This document shows, in pieces, positions 47,200-55,407 of a DNA stretch of 64,000 nt. The first letter of the stretch is position 1. Each line of letters starts with the position of its first letter. A program made the translations under genes and the position numbers. The stretch comes from a virus. Lineage: Duplodnaviria; Heunggongvirae; Uroviricota; Caudoviricetes. The stretch is taken from the IMG/VR virus record IMGVR_UViG_3300042154_004306. The stretch is one strand, 5' to 3'. The notes below the pieces were generated by a model that saw only the letters and a program-made list of their open reading frames with translations, did no database searches and had not been told where the DNA came from.

Positions 47200-49191
47200 T
47201 TGAGTAGTACTAAAATCGCTAACCTAAACCAAACGGTCATTCCTGAAAATTCGGTGTTTATCATTGAAAGAATTAACGAGGCCGTTACTGTAACCAAAGA
47301 ATCTAACGGTGACGTTATTCTTGAAGGTACTGCTGCCGTTTTTGGAGTCGTAAACGAAAATAACCGTGTATACGAAAAGAATGAGTACTTACCTCACCTA
47401 CAGTATCTAAACAAGAAGATTGAAGAGCGCAGACTCTTTGGTGAACTTGATCATCCACAAAAATTTGATATTTCCTTAGCTAACGTATCTCACGTAATCG
47501 AAAGTCTTAGTTACGATGAAGGTTCCAACAGCGTAAAGATTAGACTACGACTTCTTGATACTCCATGCGGAAAGATCGCAAAGACTTTAGTTGAAGCTGG
47601 CTGTACAACATCAGTATCATCTAGAGCAGCAGGTAATGTTGATCAGAACGGTAAGGTTAAACTACATAAGATATTCACTTACGATCTAGTAGCTGAACCC
47701 GGTTTCTCACAAGCTTCGTTATCTCAGGTATCTGAAAGCCTACAAGGAAGTTTCTCAGCGATTTTTGAATCTTTAGATAATCTAAAGACTACGGCAATTA
47801 CCAACAAATTAATGGATATTTCTGAAAACTTCAATTTTGAAGATTCTGTGAGAATCTATAAAATAAATAATTCTGAAACAACCCCTAAACAAAATAATAC
47901 ACAGCAAATGGCTAATGAGTTTGTAACAAAAGACGAGATGAACCAATACTCTGAATTGGTTAAAAAGAAGTTTTCAACTTTACAAGAGAGCATCTCCAAA
48001 AACAATAAAGGTCTTCAAAAGATCTCTGAAAACGCTTCAACTGATGAATCACCAGTAGTTTCGAAAATGGTTGAGTACGTAAACTACTTAGCTGGCGAAA
48101 TGGAAAGCCTAGTTGAATACACTAACTATCTTTCAACTATGATGAATCAGGGTGTTAATTACACTGAGCATGTTGCAGAAAAAGTAAACAATGTAATTGA
48201 CTACTCTGACTACTTGGGAGACAAAGTTCAAAAGAACATTGCCTACTCTGATTACTTAGGTAAAAAAGTAAATGAAACAGCTAACTATGCTGAATACGTT
48301 GCAGAAAACGTTGAAAAAACAGTAGAGTACACAAACTACTTAGCTGAGAACGTTGACCTAAGCATTCAATATGCTGAGCACGTTGCAGAACACGCTGAAA
48401 ATGGAATCAAATTCTCTAACTACTTAGCTGAGAATCTTGATGCAACAATCCAATACTCTAACTACTTAGGAGAAAACTTAGATAAAGGTATCAAGTATTC
48501 TAGCTATATTGCTGAATCTTTAAATGAAAAAATGATTCCTGGAGCAACCGCTAAAACACGTTCTCTATTGGGAGAGGTTAAAAAATTAAATGAAAGTGCT
48601 AATTTTGAAATCTCTGAAACTTCATCAGTAGATGATCTAGTTAATGCAGTTGACGGTATCTTAACTCATATTAAATCCAATACAGCTCACGCAATTTTAG
48701 AAAGCAAATATCCTTTCTTGAAGCTGTTAAGCGAATCTAGAAAACAGGCTTTCTATAACTTAGATCAAACGTCTAAAACCGCAATCGTTGAGACAATGAG
48801 AGGTGCTATCTTCTTCACAGAAGACGAAGTAGTTAATATCATGGAAGCGGTTCTTAACAAGCAGGTTGAAAACACTCCTAACTACGTTAAATTCATGCCT
48901 GCTCAATACAAAGAAGTATACGAAAGCATGACAGACGGTGAAAAAAATTGGATTTCAGCACAAGCTAATAATATGGCGTTGAACACTCCATACCAAGTTA
49001 AAGCCTTCTGGGATTCACGTAATCTTAGAGGAATTAGTGAAAGAATTGCGACTCAAGCAAATATAAATAATCAAACAATTAACGAAAACCAAGGTAAAGA
49101 AGGTTATGTCTCGTTAAAACAAGTCAATGAAGGACTAAGAGGCTACTCTAATTCTTACATTGAAATGCTCCAAAGAAGAGCACAAAACTAA
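47200..49191 (+). CDS. g21: Prohead protease (gp21-like) fused to scaffold/core protein (gp22-like)
   Basis: NENNRVY, GELDHP, VSSRAAG, TYDLVAEPG followed by a long repeat coiled coil. Confidence 0.9.
   Translation: MSSTKIANLNQTVIPENSVFIIERINEAVTVTKESNGDVILEGTAAVFGVVNENNRVYEKNEYLPHLQYLNKKIEERRLFGELDHPQKFDISLANVSHVIESLSYDEGSNSVKIRLRLLDTPCGKIAKTLVEAGCTTSVSSRAAGNVDQNGKVKLHKIFTYDLVAEPGFSQASLSQVSESLQGSFSAIFESLDNLKTTAITNKLMDISENFNFEDSVRIYKINNSETTPKQNNTQQMANEFVTKDEMNQYSELVKKKFSTLQESISKNNKGLQKISENASTDESPVVSKMVEYVNYLAGEMESLVEYTNYLSTMMNQGVNYTEHVAEKVNNVIDYSDYLGDKVQKNIAYSDYLGKKVNETANYAEYVAENVEKTVEYTNYLAENVDLSIQYAEHVAEHAENGIKFSNYLAENLDATIQYSNYLGENLDKGIKYSSYIAESLNEKMIPGATAKTRSLLGEVKKLNESANFEISETSSVDDLVNAVDGILTHIKSNTAHAILESKYPFLKLLSESRKQAFYNLDQTSKTAIVETMRGAIFFTEDEVVNIMEAVLNKQVENTPNYVKFMPAQYKEVYESMTDGEKNWISAQANNMALNTPYQVKAFWDSRNLRGISERIATQANINNQTINENQGKEGYVSLKQVNEGLRGYSNSYIEMLQRRAQN
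48073..48534 (+). repeat. 11 x 14-aa coding repeat (xYxxYLAExxxxxx)
   Basis: EYVNYLAGEMESLV ... KYSSYIAESLNEKM, with a 42-nt period. Confidence 0.9.
49062..49069 (+). promoter_or_regulatory. Internal late promoter TATAAATA for the major capsid gene
   Basis: Exact consensus inside the scaffold gene, about 140 nt upstream of the capsid ATG. Confidence 0.55.
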
Positions 49192-49210
49192 AAAAACATT
49201 TTAAAACAAA

Positions 49211-50932
49211 ATGGCAACAAAAATTTTCAAAAGATTGAACGATGCTTCAATCAAAGAAACATGGGCTCCAGTTTTAGAAGGTTATGGCGCAGACATTAAA
49301 GCTCGTCCTTGGTTAGTTGACTTAGCTCACAACCATGCTATCTTCGATAACGCAGGTTCATTAAACGAGGCATTAGCTTCAGGTTCAGCTCCAGGTTTGT
49401 TCCTGCAACAACCGGGTTCAATCAGCGCAATGGGTGCAATCTCTGCTCCTACTAGCGGAATGACTCCGTTCACTGGTGGTGGTGCTACTAAAGCAGGTTA
49501 CGGCGCAAGCGTATCAGGTTCTGGTGATAAATTCCCAAGCCTTTTACCGGTGGCTATCCAAGTTGCTGCTAAAACTATTGGTTTCGACCTAGTTGGTGTA
49601 GTTCCTATGGATTCTCCAGTAGGTTTCTTACCTTATTTGGATTATGTATACCAAGGTGGTAATTTAGACACTCAATATGAGCCGTTCTTAGTTAAATTAT
49701 CTTCTGCAGTCAATACAGGTATCACAATAGGTGATTATATCCAAGGTGATACTGGTAATGCGGCTGCTGCATTCAAATTCCAATACGTTGGAAAATCTCG
49801 TGTAGACGGTTTACCAATCCTTAAAGTGGTTCAAGGTGGAACAACTGATTCATCTACTACTACAGTAGCTGATGCGGTTGCTGCTCTTGATAACGTTACT
49901 CGCACAGGTACTCGTACTGATACTAGTGCCGCTGCTGCTGGTACAACGGCTAATCCTTGGTTAGGATTCGGAGGTGCTGATGGTATGACAGTTACTTTGG
50001 TATCTGCACTAGAAAACCATATCTCTGGTTTCACTTCAGAAAGTGATGCTGACTATGCATCAACTGCATTTGATGGTCCTTTCTTAGGAGCTACTGGTTC
50101 TCAAGCTAACTTCGATGGAATGACTCGTGCTACAGCTGAGGTTTCTAAATTCCGTCAAATGGGTCTTCGTATGTTCACTAAGTTCATCGAGGCTAAAGGC
50201 GACCAAATTGCTATCTCTGCAACAGTTGAGCAAATCCAAGATCTTAACAGAGTTTGGAACTTCGATGTAATCTCTATGTTGGAAAACGTAGCAGTTAACG
50301 AACTTGCTCAATCTATCAACAAGAAATTGGTTGACAGAGTATTAACTTTAGGAGCTACTCACAAAACTTCTCTTGAAGCGGTTGAAGGTGCTGACATCTG
50401 TACCCTTAACCTAACTGTAGGTTCAACTGGTTTCGAGAACATCTCAACACTACAACGTCGTGTTGTAACCAAAATTCTTGAAATGGCTAACTTGATTTAT
50501 CATAGAGGTCGTTTTGGTGCTGGTACTTACATCGTGACTAATGGTCGTGTTGCATCTGCTCTTGCTGATGTTGCTGGTTACTCTTTTGCTCCATTCAATA
50601 ATGATCTACCTTCTACTCCAGGTCAATTATATCCTGCAGGTAAAGTACACGGTTTAACCATCTACGTAGATCCTAACTTGAAGTTCAGCGATAACCGTAT
50701 CCACATCGGACGTAAAGGTGCTGACGAAGAACCAGGTGTTAAATTCTTACCTTACATCATGGCTGAGTCTCTTCAAACTATCGCAGAGGGAACTTTCTCT
50801 CCTAAGATCGGTATGAAGTCTCGTTATGCAATCACTGAGGCTGGATGGCACCCTGAAACACAATACATCACATTGACTGTTGACGGTCTAGGTGTATTGA
50901 CTGGTTCAAACCGTCCTTCTGCTTCTTACTAA
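49211..50932 (+). CDS. g23: Major capsid protein (T4 gp23-like)
   Basis: WAPVLE, IGFDLVGVVPM, ELAQSINKKLV, GRFGAGTYIV, FLPY, PKIGMKSRY. Confidence 0.95.
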   Translation: MATKIFKRLNDASIKETWAPVLEGYGADIKARPWLVDLAHNHAIFDNAGSLNEALASGSAPGLFLQQPGSISAMGAISAPTSGMTPFTGGGATKAGYGASVSGSGDKFPSLLPVAIQVAAKTIGFDLVGVVPMDSPVGFLPYLDYVYQGGNLDTQYEPFLVKLSSAVNTGITIGDYIQGDTGNAAAAFKFQYVGKSRVDGLPILKVVQGGTTDSSTTTVADAVAALDNVTRTGTRTDTSAAAAGTTANPWLGFGGADGMTVTLVSALENHISGFTSESDADYASTAFDGPFLGATGSQANFDGMTRATAEVSKFRQMGLRMFTKFIEAKGDQIAISATVEQIQDLNRVWNFDVISMLENVAVNELAQSINKKLVDRVLTLGATHKTSLEAVEGADICTLNLTVGSTGFENISTLQRRVVTKILEMANLIYHRGRFGAGTYIVTNGRVASALADVAGYSFAPFNNDLPSTPGQLYPAGKVHGLTIYVDPNLKFSDNRIHIGRKGADEEPGVKFLPYIMAESLQTIAEGTFSPKIGMKSRYAITEAGWHPETQYITLTVDGLGVLTGSNRPSASY

Positions 50933-50960
50933 TCGTAACAACGAAACAGGACAATAATAG

Positions 50961-50988
50961 AAGGCTCTCCATTGGAGAGCCTTTTTTT
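50961..50988 (+). terminator. Intrinsic terminator after the capsid gene
   Basis: AAGGCTCTCC-ATT-GGAGAGCCTT plus T run. Confidence 0.9.
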
Positions 50989-51051
50989 GTTTTTATGATT
51001 TGAGCTCAAATAAATAATATTCCTAAAGACACTATAAAATAATAAAACACA

Positions 51052-51417
51052 ATGAGCAAATCAGTTTTAAGCTACGGCGAATTTCTTTTTGAAAAGAAGT
51101 CAATCGATCAACACATGGCAGACATGCCTAAAGGTAAAGGTTCTAAGTTTAACAAGTCAGTAGACGCTAAAACTTCAGATCTTCCTAAAGGAAATGGTCG
51201 AGCAATCAGCAAATCAGTTAAACCGGAAATGGCAGGCCTGCCTAAAGGTAAAGGTAAAGCAATCAGCAAATCAGTTGATGTAAAAACTTCTAAATTACCT
51301 ACTTCTAAAGGTAGTTCGATTAATAAACAAGTTGAACCTAAGATGGCTAAATTGGTTATCAAAGGAAAGGCTATCAACAAGAAAGTTGAGCCTAGCATGG
51401 CTAAAATGCCTAAGTAA
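51052..51417 (+). CDS. Lys-rich 19-aa repeat protein, putative packaged DNA-binding protein
   Basis: N-terminal SVLSYGEFLFE then about 6 repeats of KSVxxxxxxLPKGKGxxxx; preceded by AATAAATA 51009-51016. Confidence 0.75.
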   Translation: MSKSVLSYGEFLFEKKSIDQHMADMPKGKGSKFNKSVDAKTSDLPKGNGRAISKSVKPEMAGLPKGKGKAISKSVDVKTSKLPTSKGSSINKQVEPKMAKLVIKGKAINKKVEPSMAKMPK

Positions 51418-51435
51418 TAAAAAAGCGATCCTGAA

Positions 51436-51741
51436 ATGAAAGATCAAAACAAGCATAAGGTTCAGTCCTTTCAAGCTTACCTGATTCAGGAAAATTCTAT
51501 CAAAGACTTGGTCGGAAAGACTGAAGATGAGGAATTGGACTTGGATGATGCGCGAAGCATTGGAAAGAAAATCTCTAAAATGAAGGGTGCAGACCGTAAG
51601 AAGTACGTTGGAATCGTTAATTTCATGGGGGCTTCTTGCAGAATCTATAATGAAATTTGGGCCAACTACAAACCGGTCGACCCAACTAGAAAGAAATCTA
51701 ACCGTGGAAAAGAATTTCAGGGAGAAAAAGAAATTGGATAA
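51436..51741 (+). CDS. Putative head-targeted protein
   Basis: KVQSFQAYLIQE near the N-terminus. Confidence 0.7.
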   Translation: MKDQNKHKVQSFQAYLIQENSIKDLVGKTEDEELDLDDARSIGKKISKMKGADRKKYVGIVNFMGASCRIYNEIWANYKPVDPTRKKSNRGKEFQGEKEIG

Positions 51742-51744
51742 GAA

Positions 51745-52869
51745 TTGGCAGAACAAGGCGTAATAGCAGAATCAATAATTAGTTTCGCAATCACTTGGAA
51801 GAATCCTGGAAAAGGGCAACAACCCCTATGGGATCAGACCAAGCAATCGATTGAGATTCATGAAACCGACGTGTATCCTGACCTAAAGTACAGTTCAGCA
51901 TACGGCGCTCCACAATACGTGAAGTACACATCCGGGTCTCTCTTAAATGATCTAATTGTTGAAATTGATAAGATAATTGATGCAAGGATAGCAATGACGG
52001 ACAAGGACAAGAAAAAGGCTGACCCTGCTAAGAACGAGGCAGCACTGCCTCCAGGCCCTAAAGCTCCAAAGGCACTAGGATCCGGAGAAGAAGATGACGA
52101 TGATGACCTTACTCAAAAAGCACTGCCTACTGGCCCTAAAGCTCCAAAGGCACTAGGATCCGGAGAAGAAGATGACGATGATGACCTTACTCAAAAAGCA
52201 CTGCCTACTGGGCCAGCTGCTCCTAATCAATTAGGTCAAGGCTCTTCTGGAGGTGCTCTGGTTAAGTACGATCAACCTCAACCGCCTGCTGTGATAGACA
52301 ATAAGCCCAAGGATAATGATGAACCTGATGTGAAAGATGAGGAACCTAAATCGGATGTATCTGGAGAATATGCTTACACAGTAGTGGTTCGTGGAGACAA
52401 GTTAAGATTTATTGAAGGTCAGCAAGAACGCGGTGCCTATTCTGGTGGAGTTAAGTTTCTGTATAAAGTATCGAATAACTTAACTAAACAGACCGCTGGA
52501 GAACAAATTGATAATAAGCCTAAAATCTGGGCAGAAATTACAATGGCTGGCGCGTTCGGTGGCAAATTTAAAATGGCATTTGACGAATTTAACGAAAAGG
52601 ACTTTAGATTCGGTGGAAATTTGCTGGCTCAAATACTTCCTTCTATTGAATTAAGTTTCACTCCTGAAATTAATTCAGTATACTCAAAAGAAAAAACTGA
52701 ACTTGATCTAGCTGATGTTATTAAGGCAACTAATATAACGTTGGGCAGTAAGTCTACTTCTGAAATCATGTCAATTCAAAAACAAATACAGAAAGAGCTG
52801 AGCGCTAGAGAACCTGATCAAAAAGAAAAGGCCTCTGGTAAACAAGTGGATCAGGATCAGAATAAATAA
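51745..52869 (+). CDS. Hypothetical virion protein with low-complexity linker
   Basis: Long ORF in the late cluster, with an internal 26-aa tandem repeat. Confidence 0.75.
   Translation: MAEQGVIAESIISFAITWKNPGKGQQPLWDQTKQSIEIHETDVYPDLKYSSAYGAPQYVKYTSGSLLNDLIVEIDKIIDARIAMTDKDKKKADPAKNEAALPPGPKAPKALGSGEEDDDDDLTQKALPTGPKAPKALGSGEEDDDDDLTQKALPTGPAAPNQLGQGSSGGALVKYDQPQPPAVIDNKPKDNDEPDVKDEEPKSDVSGEYAYTVVVRGDKLRFIEGQQERGAYSGGVKFLYKVSNNLTKQTAGEQIDNKPKIWAEITMAGAFGGKFKMAFDEFNEKDFRFGGNLLAQILPSIELSFTPEINSVYSKEKTELDLADVIKATNITLGSKSTSEIMSIQKQIQKELSAREPDQKEKASGKQVDQDQNK
52042..52211 (+). repeat. 78-bp tandem duplication (2 full + 1 partial copy)
   Basis: Copies start at 52042, 52120 and 52198; copies 1 and 2 differ at 2 nt. 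Confidence 0.95.
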
Positions 52870-52889
52870 CTAAAAAATAAAGACATAAG

Positions 52890-53474
52890 ATGGCAGGTCT
52901 ACCACATTTTAAAAATTCAACAGCAGGTCCAGGTAAGTACGAACCTATTTACCTTAACCAGTTCGAGGTTATCATTACCCCGCCGCCTGCAGTGTCTGGA
53001 AAAATCGGTTTCGGTAATAATCTAATGCTTGAACACGTATTGAAAGTAACAAGTTTACCAGAATACGCAGGTTCAGGATCAGCCGTAGTTATTCAAAACT
53101 ATAAATTCTCACAAAGAACTTACGCACCATCAAAACCATCGCAAACATATCATCAGTTCACAATTGAGTTTGAGGTTAACTTAAACAATAGTAACGATAT
53201 GTACATTTACAACGCGTTAAGATCATGGGCGGATTTAATCTATAATCCATTAACTGGTCGTCAAGGACTAAAAACTGACTATGCGGATGCAAGCATTCAA
53301 GTAACTCAGTTCAACCGAGCAGGTTTAATCTTTAGAGATTTCATGTTCTCTCCAGTATTCATTGGACCAGCTAAAATGACTGAAACTGCACTTGATTACA
53401 CAAGTGAAGGTATCTATAAGTTAACTGCACAGTTCACAGCGGATTCTTACACCGAATCAAGAATTGGACAGTAA
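52890..53474 (+). CDS. g19: Tail tube protein (T4 gp19-like)
   Basis: 194 aa; EPIYLNQFEVII, FTIEFEVNL, LRSWADLIY; preceded by AATAAATA 52861-52868. Confidence 0.8.
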   Translation: MAGLPHFKNSTAGPGKYEPIYLNQFEVIITPPPAVSGKIGFGNNLMLEHVLKVTSLPEYAGSGSAVVIQNYKFSQRTYAPSKPSQTYHQFTIEFEVNLNNSNDMYIYNALRSWADLIYNPLTGRQGLKTDYADASIQVTQFNRAGLIFRDFMFSPVFIGPAKMTETALDYTSEGIYKLTAQFTADSYTESRIGQ

Positions 53475-53494
53475 AAATAATCATCTATAAAAAT

Positions 53495-54160
53495 ATGGAC
53501 ATGTTCAACACTAAAGACCGACGTAATCCTTCGATGGATGATTACATGGATCCTAAGAAACCTAGTTTCGGAGGTCCAACATCAAAGAAAGACTTTGATA
53601 CATCAAAACGAGAAACACTAAAAGGCTATCAACGAGTTATTGACCGAAATGCCGATTTTGAAGGTGGAAAATTCAACCACAATTATGACCCAACATGGAA
53701 GGCGGTAACTCGTGACCTAATTTCAAGAACGGCAAAGAAAAAACCATTTAACCCAATGTACGCAAAACAAACAATTGCAACGGTTAGCGCTGTTGAAGAA
53801 GGAAGAATACTTCGCTTTGACCAATTCGTTAACGAAGATTTTAACATGTTCGCTGAGGCAGAAGAAGAAATGCCAGAAACCGATGACTCTATGCTGTCTG
53901 ACGACGATATGCCGTCTGATGAGCCAGTAATCGACGAAGAACAATTAGCCACTTTAATGGAAGAATTTGGAGATGACATTAACGATGTCATTGAAGATAT
54001 CGCTGAAAAGATGGAAATGACAAAAGAAGACATTTGCGACCTAGTATGCGCAGCCGTTAAGAAACTTTGCACAGAAGAAAGCGATGATGACGAAAATGAA
54101 GAAGATGATGACGCTATCGGAGACGACGCAGAAAACAACGAAGACGAAGAAAACTCATAA
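53495..54160 (+). CDS. Putative head core protein with highly acidic C-terminal half
   Basis: Internal RILRFDQFVNE motif followed by an Asp/Glu-rich tract. Confidence 0.7.
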   Translation: MDMFNTKDRRNPSMDDYMDPKKPSFGGPTSKKDFDTSKRETLKGYQRVIDRNADFEGGKFNHNYDPTWKAVTRDLISRTAKKKPFNPMYAKQTIATVSAVEEGRILRFDQFVNEDFNMFAEAEEEMPETDDSMLSDDDMPSDEPVIDEEQLATLMEEFGDDINDVIEDIAEKMEMTKEDICDLVCAAVKKLCTEESDDDENEEDDDAIGDDAENNEDEENS

Positions 54161-54167
54161 TTAGAGA

Positions 54168-54506
54168 ATGATCAAGTTATTTGAACAATGGTTAGCTGAG
54201 GAAGCTATGGAGACTGCTCAAAACACTGAGGAGCCTACTAAGACTGGGTCATATACTCTAGACATCACAGTTGACGGAGAATCTTTTGAAGTTGAAGGAA
54301 CTAGTGATAGTGAATTCACAAATAAGGAGATGATTTCTTTTAATGTGATCAAATCAACTAATCCGAGCATCAACCCTGGTGCACTCATTTCGATTTCGCC
54401 AAAAGCGGATAAGGATGGAGATTTTGACATTGTTGCGGTTAATGACCAGAACAAACCAGAAGATGCATTAATTTATTCAGGAAAGGTTGAGAAATCTAAA
54501 ATGTAA
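54168..54506 (+). CDS. Putative head-targeted protein
   Basis: MIKLFEQWLAEE. Confidence 0.7.
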   Translation: MIKLFEQWLAEEAMETAQNTEEPTKTGSYTLDITVDGESFEVEGTSDSEFTNKEMISFNVIKSTNPSINPGALISISPKADKDGDFDIVAVNDQNKPEDALIYSGKVEKSKM

Positions 54507-54526
54507 TTCTAATCTAATAAAACTTC

Positions 54527-54552
54527 AAAAGGGGCTTAATGCCCCTTTTTTA
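54527..54552. terminator. Bidirectional intrinsic terminator
   Basis: AAAAGGGGC-TTAAT-GCCCCTTTTTT between convergent genes. Confidence 0.85.
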
Positions 54553-54937
54553 TTGTCTCTACTCCAGAAAGTTCTCCAATTTCAAAATCTCCGTCTATTA
54601 ATTTAGGAACGAATTCTATTGTTGCATACGCAGTATTTAGAAACTTGATTGTGTTGTTTATATTGCTGACACTGAGGCCGGCATTAACGTAAATTATTCG
54701 ATTGTACTTACGATTCCTAACATTGATTGCTTTATCAATTAATTTCTTGATCTCATAGTTTATTAGGAATGCCTGGATTTTATTTGGCACAAGAATTTCA
54801 TGGTCGAACTTTTCCTTTATTATTTTATTTACATTCAGTAAATAATCGCATTTCTGCTTTTTATTAAAAGCCTGAATGAATTGTTTTTGATCTCTTACAA
54901 AAACAATTTCAAGCCTTCTTTCTAATATATCGATCAT
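54536..54937 (-). CDS. Hypothetical protein
   Basis: 133-aa ORF coupled (ATGA-type overlap) to the deaminase gene. Confidence 0.7.
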   Translation of the reverse strand: MIDILERRLEIVFVRDQKQFIQAFNKKQKCDYLLNVNKIIKEKFDHEILVPNKIQAFLINYEIKKLIDKAINVRNRKYNRIIYVNAGLSVSNINNTIKFLNTAYATIEFVPKLIDGDFEIGELSGVETIKKGH

Positions 54938-55407
54938 AGGGTTTCTAGGTCAATTTTTTTAACTTCAATGCCAGCCCTTCTTAAGAAGTCAAGGCCGGCA
55001 ATATCTCGGTATTCTTCTAAATACACAACTCGCTTGATTCCTGCCTGTAAAATTAATTTGCTGCAATCTGTGCATGGAGAGTAAGTAATATAGAGAGTAG
55101 CTCCGTCGCTACTTTGTGTTGATTTGGCAACCTTGGCTAAGGCATTTGACTCGGCATGCAAAACATACCATTTAGTTTGATATTCTTTAAATGAGCCATC
55201 CTCATGGTTTATCGCAATCTCACATTCATTTTCAAAACCGGAAGGGGTTCCATTGTAGCCATCAGCAATGATTGTGTTATTCTTTACGATTAGGGCTCCA
55301 ACCTTTTTACGAATTGCATGAGAAAGACCTGACCAGGTTTGGGCCATCTTGATGTAGGCAATATCGATTAGGTGTTGGCGCTGTGCTCTAGTTAAATTAA
55401 ATGACAT
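54934..55407 (-). CDS. cd: dCMP deaminase
   Basis: KVGALIV, GYNG, HAESNAL, SPCTDC. Confidence 0.95.
   Translation of the reverse strand: MSFNLTRAQRQHLIDIAYIKMAQTWSGLSHAIRKKVGALIVKNNTIIADGYNGTPSGFENECEIAINHEDGSFKEYQTKWYVLHAESNALAKVAKSTQSSDGATLYITYSPCTDCSKLILQAGIKRVVYLEEYRDIAGLDFLRRAGIEVKKIDLETL

Noticed and set aside
52042-52211. Direct repeats as a possible CRISPR array
   Set aside because: The 78-bp units are contiguous, in frame and have no unique spacers, so this is a coding tandem duplication.
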